Shown one piece after another: positions 62,101 through 64,000 of a stretch of DNA of 64,000 bases. The translations under genes were made by a program, and so were the position numbers. Each line of letters begins with the position of its first letter. The first letter of the stretch is position 1. The stretch covers positions 868,001-932,000 of the forward strand of contig MU008170.1 of the NCBI GenBank assembly GCA_010909165.1, written 5' to 3'. The notes beneath the pieces were generated by a model that saw nothing but the letters and a program-made list of their open reading frames with translations, was not told the DNA's origin and did not search any database. This DNA comes from Anthoceros angustus (taxonomy: Eukaryota; Plantae; Anthocerotophyta).

Positions 62101-63447
62101 AGGCCCAACTGACAGCCCTTCGTCCTGTGCGGATTGGAGTGCTATAGGCATTGGCGCCTGCTTGCCCAAGGCGAGGAAGGAGAGGCGGGTTGTGGCGTAT
62201 GCGGCGGTCGAATAACACCACGGAGGCCAATTATTCGTCTCGAAGAGTGTCTTGCACATGGGCGGTCACACACGAGTATACCTATTTGGTCCAAGTTTTC
62301 AATTGGTCACGGATCATGCCATTGCTGGGTGATGACCAACATGAAGCTAAGGAAGCTTGCTAGGTGGGCTCTCTTGCTATCCGAATATGACATGCAAATT
62401 GTACACCGCGCTGGAAAAGTACATCTCAATGCCGATGGGCTCAGTAGGAACCCGATGTGTGGGGCAGAAGACATCACTGGGGCGAGACAAGACTTCGGAT
62501 CTGTGCAGCATTTGCCCAGTGTGTATTTGGCGATGCTGTCCTTGGAACCAGGCAGTGATCAACAGTCGTTAGAAGGAGGTCGAGACATATGGAAGCTCGA
62601 GCATGCCATTCAGCTGTTAAGGGATGGGCATGTGGCTGGTGTGGACACAATGTCCCTCCAGAAGCTGCAGCGACGAATTGCTCGCTATACATACAAAGAC
62701 GGTAAATTGTATGTGGTTGATCGAGGGGTGAGCAAGGAGGTGCCGCCCGTGGAGGAACGAAGACCATTAGTGACCAAGGTACACAAAACGTTGGGGCATT
62801 TTGGCGTCAAGAGAACACATCACATGTTGAAAAATACATACTTTTGGTCAGGTATGTATGCAGATGTAGAGCAAGTGGTGGCGCGATGTGCTGCATGCGA
62901 TGCAGTGAAGGCGAGGTTCAACAGCCAGGATGTGGTACTACATTCGCTGCCCATCAAGGGATTATTTTTTCGATGGTCAGTTGACTTGATGCCTGAATTG
63001 CCAGTGACCAAGCAAGGCAACAAGCATTGCATGTTGATGATAGAGCACTTTTCAAAGTGGGTGGAATTGGCCTTTCTCCCGATCAGAAGCTCCGTACCGC
63101 GGCCGCGCATTTTGCGATGTGTTCTCGGCAGATATGGAAGTTGCGCGGAGGTGTTGACGGACCAAGGCAATGAGTTCCGCGGTGAATTCCAAGCGTTGCT
63201 GGATCGAAGCTTGATAGATCACCGCCGCACATCTCGGGATCATCCTCAAGCTGACGCATTGGCAGAACGGTTAGTGCAAACTTTCAAGGACTCTCTTCGC
63301 AAATATTGCACTGAGGTTGAGACCAGCTGCTGGGATGAGTTGTTGTCATATGTTGCACTAGGATATAGGATCAATGTGCAGGCTGCCTTGGGCAACTTCA
63401 GCCCATATTACATCATGTTTGGGCGGAATGTTGTCATGCCAAATTGA
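59177..63447 (+). mobile_element. Ty3/Gypsy pol fragment: DNMT3-like C5-methyltransferase (partial), RT, RNase H, integrase
   Basis: MTase: YLLENV, DAVQTGSYAHRVRSFWTN, REQAMGF...RCRLIGQAF. RT: RMCGDYRALN, LDFRSGFNQI, MPFGLKNA, YIDDILVFS. RNase H: DWSAIGIGA, SYEGECLAAVWA. Integrase: H..LGHFG...CAAC, WSVDL, LTDQGNEF, AERLVQ. Confidence 0.93.
60161..62540. repeat. Roughly 1.2-kb tandem duplication of the RT-RNase H region, indel-rich
   Basis: CTGATCATGAAATCAACATCGCAATATGC at 60161 and 61391. The second copy has many 1-10 nt deletions. Confidence 0.92.
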
Positions 63448-64000
63448 TGAGAATCATACACAAGCTCAAGCAATATGTGTTGCATTACATTCATAATAGA
63501 AAGTACATGCCTTTATGTAGGCAAGGTAGTTGTAATCAATAAGTGGTTGTAACAACTAACCAATTAAATAACTACTAAAAGAAACTACCTAGAGCCCTAA
63601 GGACTAAATTAATTATTAAGTCCTAGGTGCCCTAGTGAAGAGTGCCCTAATAGTAAGCTATTTTATCACTCCCACTCACTATGAACTAGGGGTGATTTTC
63701 TGACCAAAAAGAGGTCTAGGAAAAGCTAGTCTAGTAAAAACTAGTCCCTAACTAAACTTTACTTAAAAGCATAAAGTAAAACTTAAGGTAAAAACTGAAA
63801 GTAATAATCACTATTAAAATAACTCCCACTTAAGGAGAACCGAGATGAGAAACTAATAACCCAACTTCAAGAATAGGTGGAATTAAAACTAATTAAAAGT
63901 ATTTAAGCGGATTTATATATAGAGGAAAATCCAGAAAATACCTAATTTCCGAAAAGGAAAATCAAAAGGATAATGGATAATACCCTTCTTCCTCAAACTT

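Noticed and set aside
63450-64000. AT-rich tail as the Gypsy LTR or a telomere-like repeat
   Set aside because: No PPT-TG boundary or TTTAGGG array is visible, and the integrase ends abruptly.

Overview
This is eukaryotic, gene-dense land-plant nuclear DNA with short GT-AG introns. A non-seed plant such as a hornwort is suggested by the compact genes, a PLS-PPR with long L motifs and a MinC-like gene; this is inference only. About 15 host genes are supported: an eIF4B-like/CCHC protein, a carnosine N-methyltransferase-like gene, BRX, a GT-gamma trihelix factor, a TBL acyltransferase, a PLS-E+ PPR, an AAA_33 P-loop protein, an intronless FAD6, a BBR-like RING E3, membrin, an uncharacterised ORF, PTB3, PEX13, a MinC-like membrane fusion and a DYRKP kinase whose 5' end is missing. 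Mobile DNA includes two CRE-like REL non-LTR elements, an APE-RT LINE with a visible target-site duplication, CACTA ends, an LTR, and a Ty3/Gypsy pol. The strongest findings are (1) a DNMT3-like cytosine methyltransferase domain in frame with the Gypsy reverse transcriptase, and (2) a 7-exon nuclear gene joining a putative plastid transit peptide, a bacterial-type MinC C-terminal domain and a multi-pass membrane domain. Also notable are a kinase ORF and a PPR ORF in one frame separated by a single TGA, and a possible amino-methyltransferase relic at the left edge. Several indel-rich tandem duplications look like long-read assembly artefacts.
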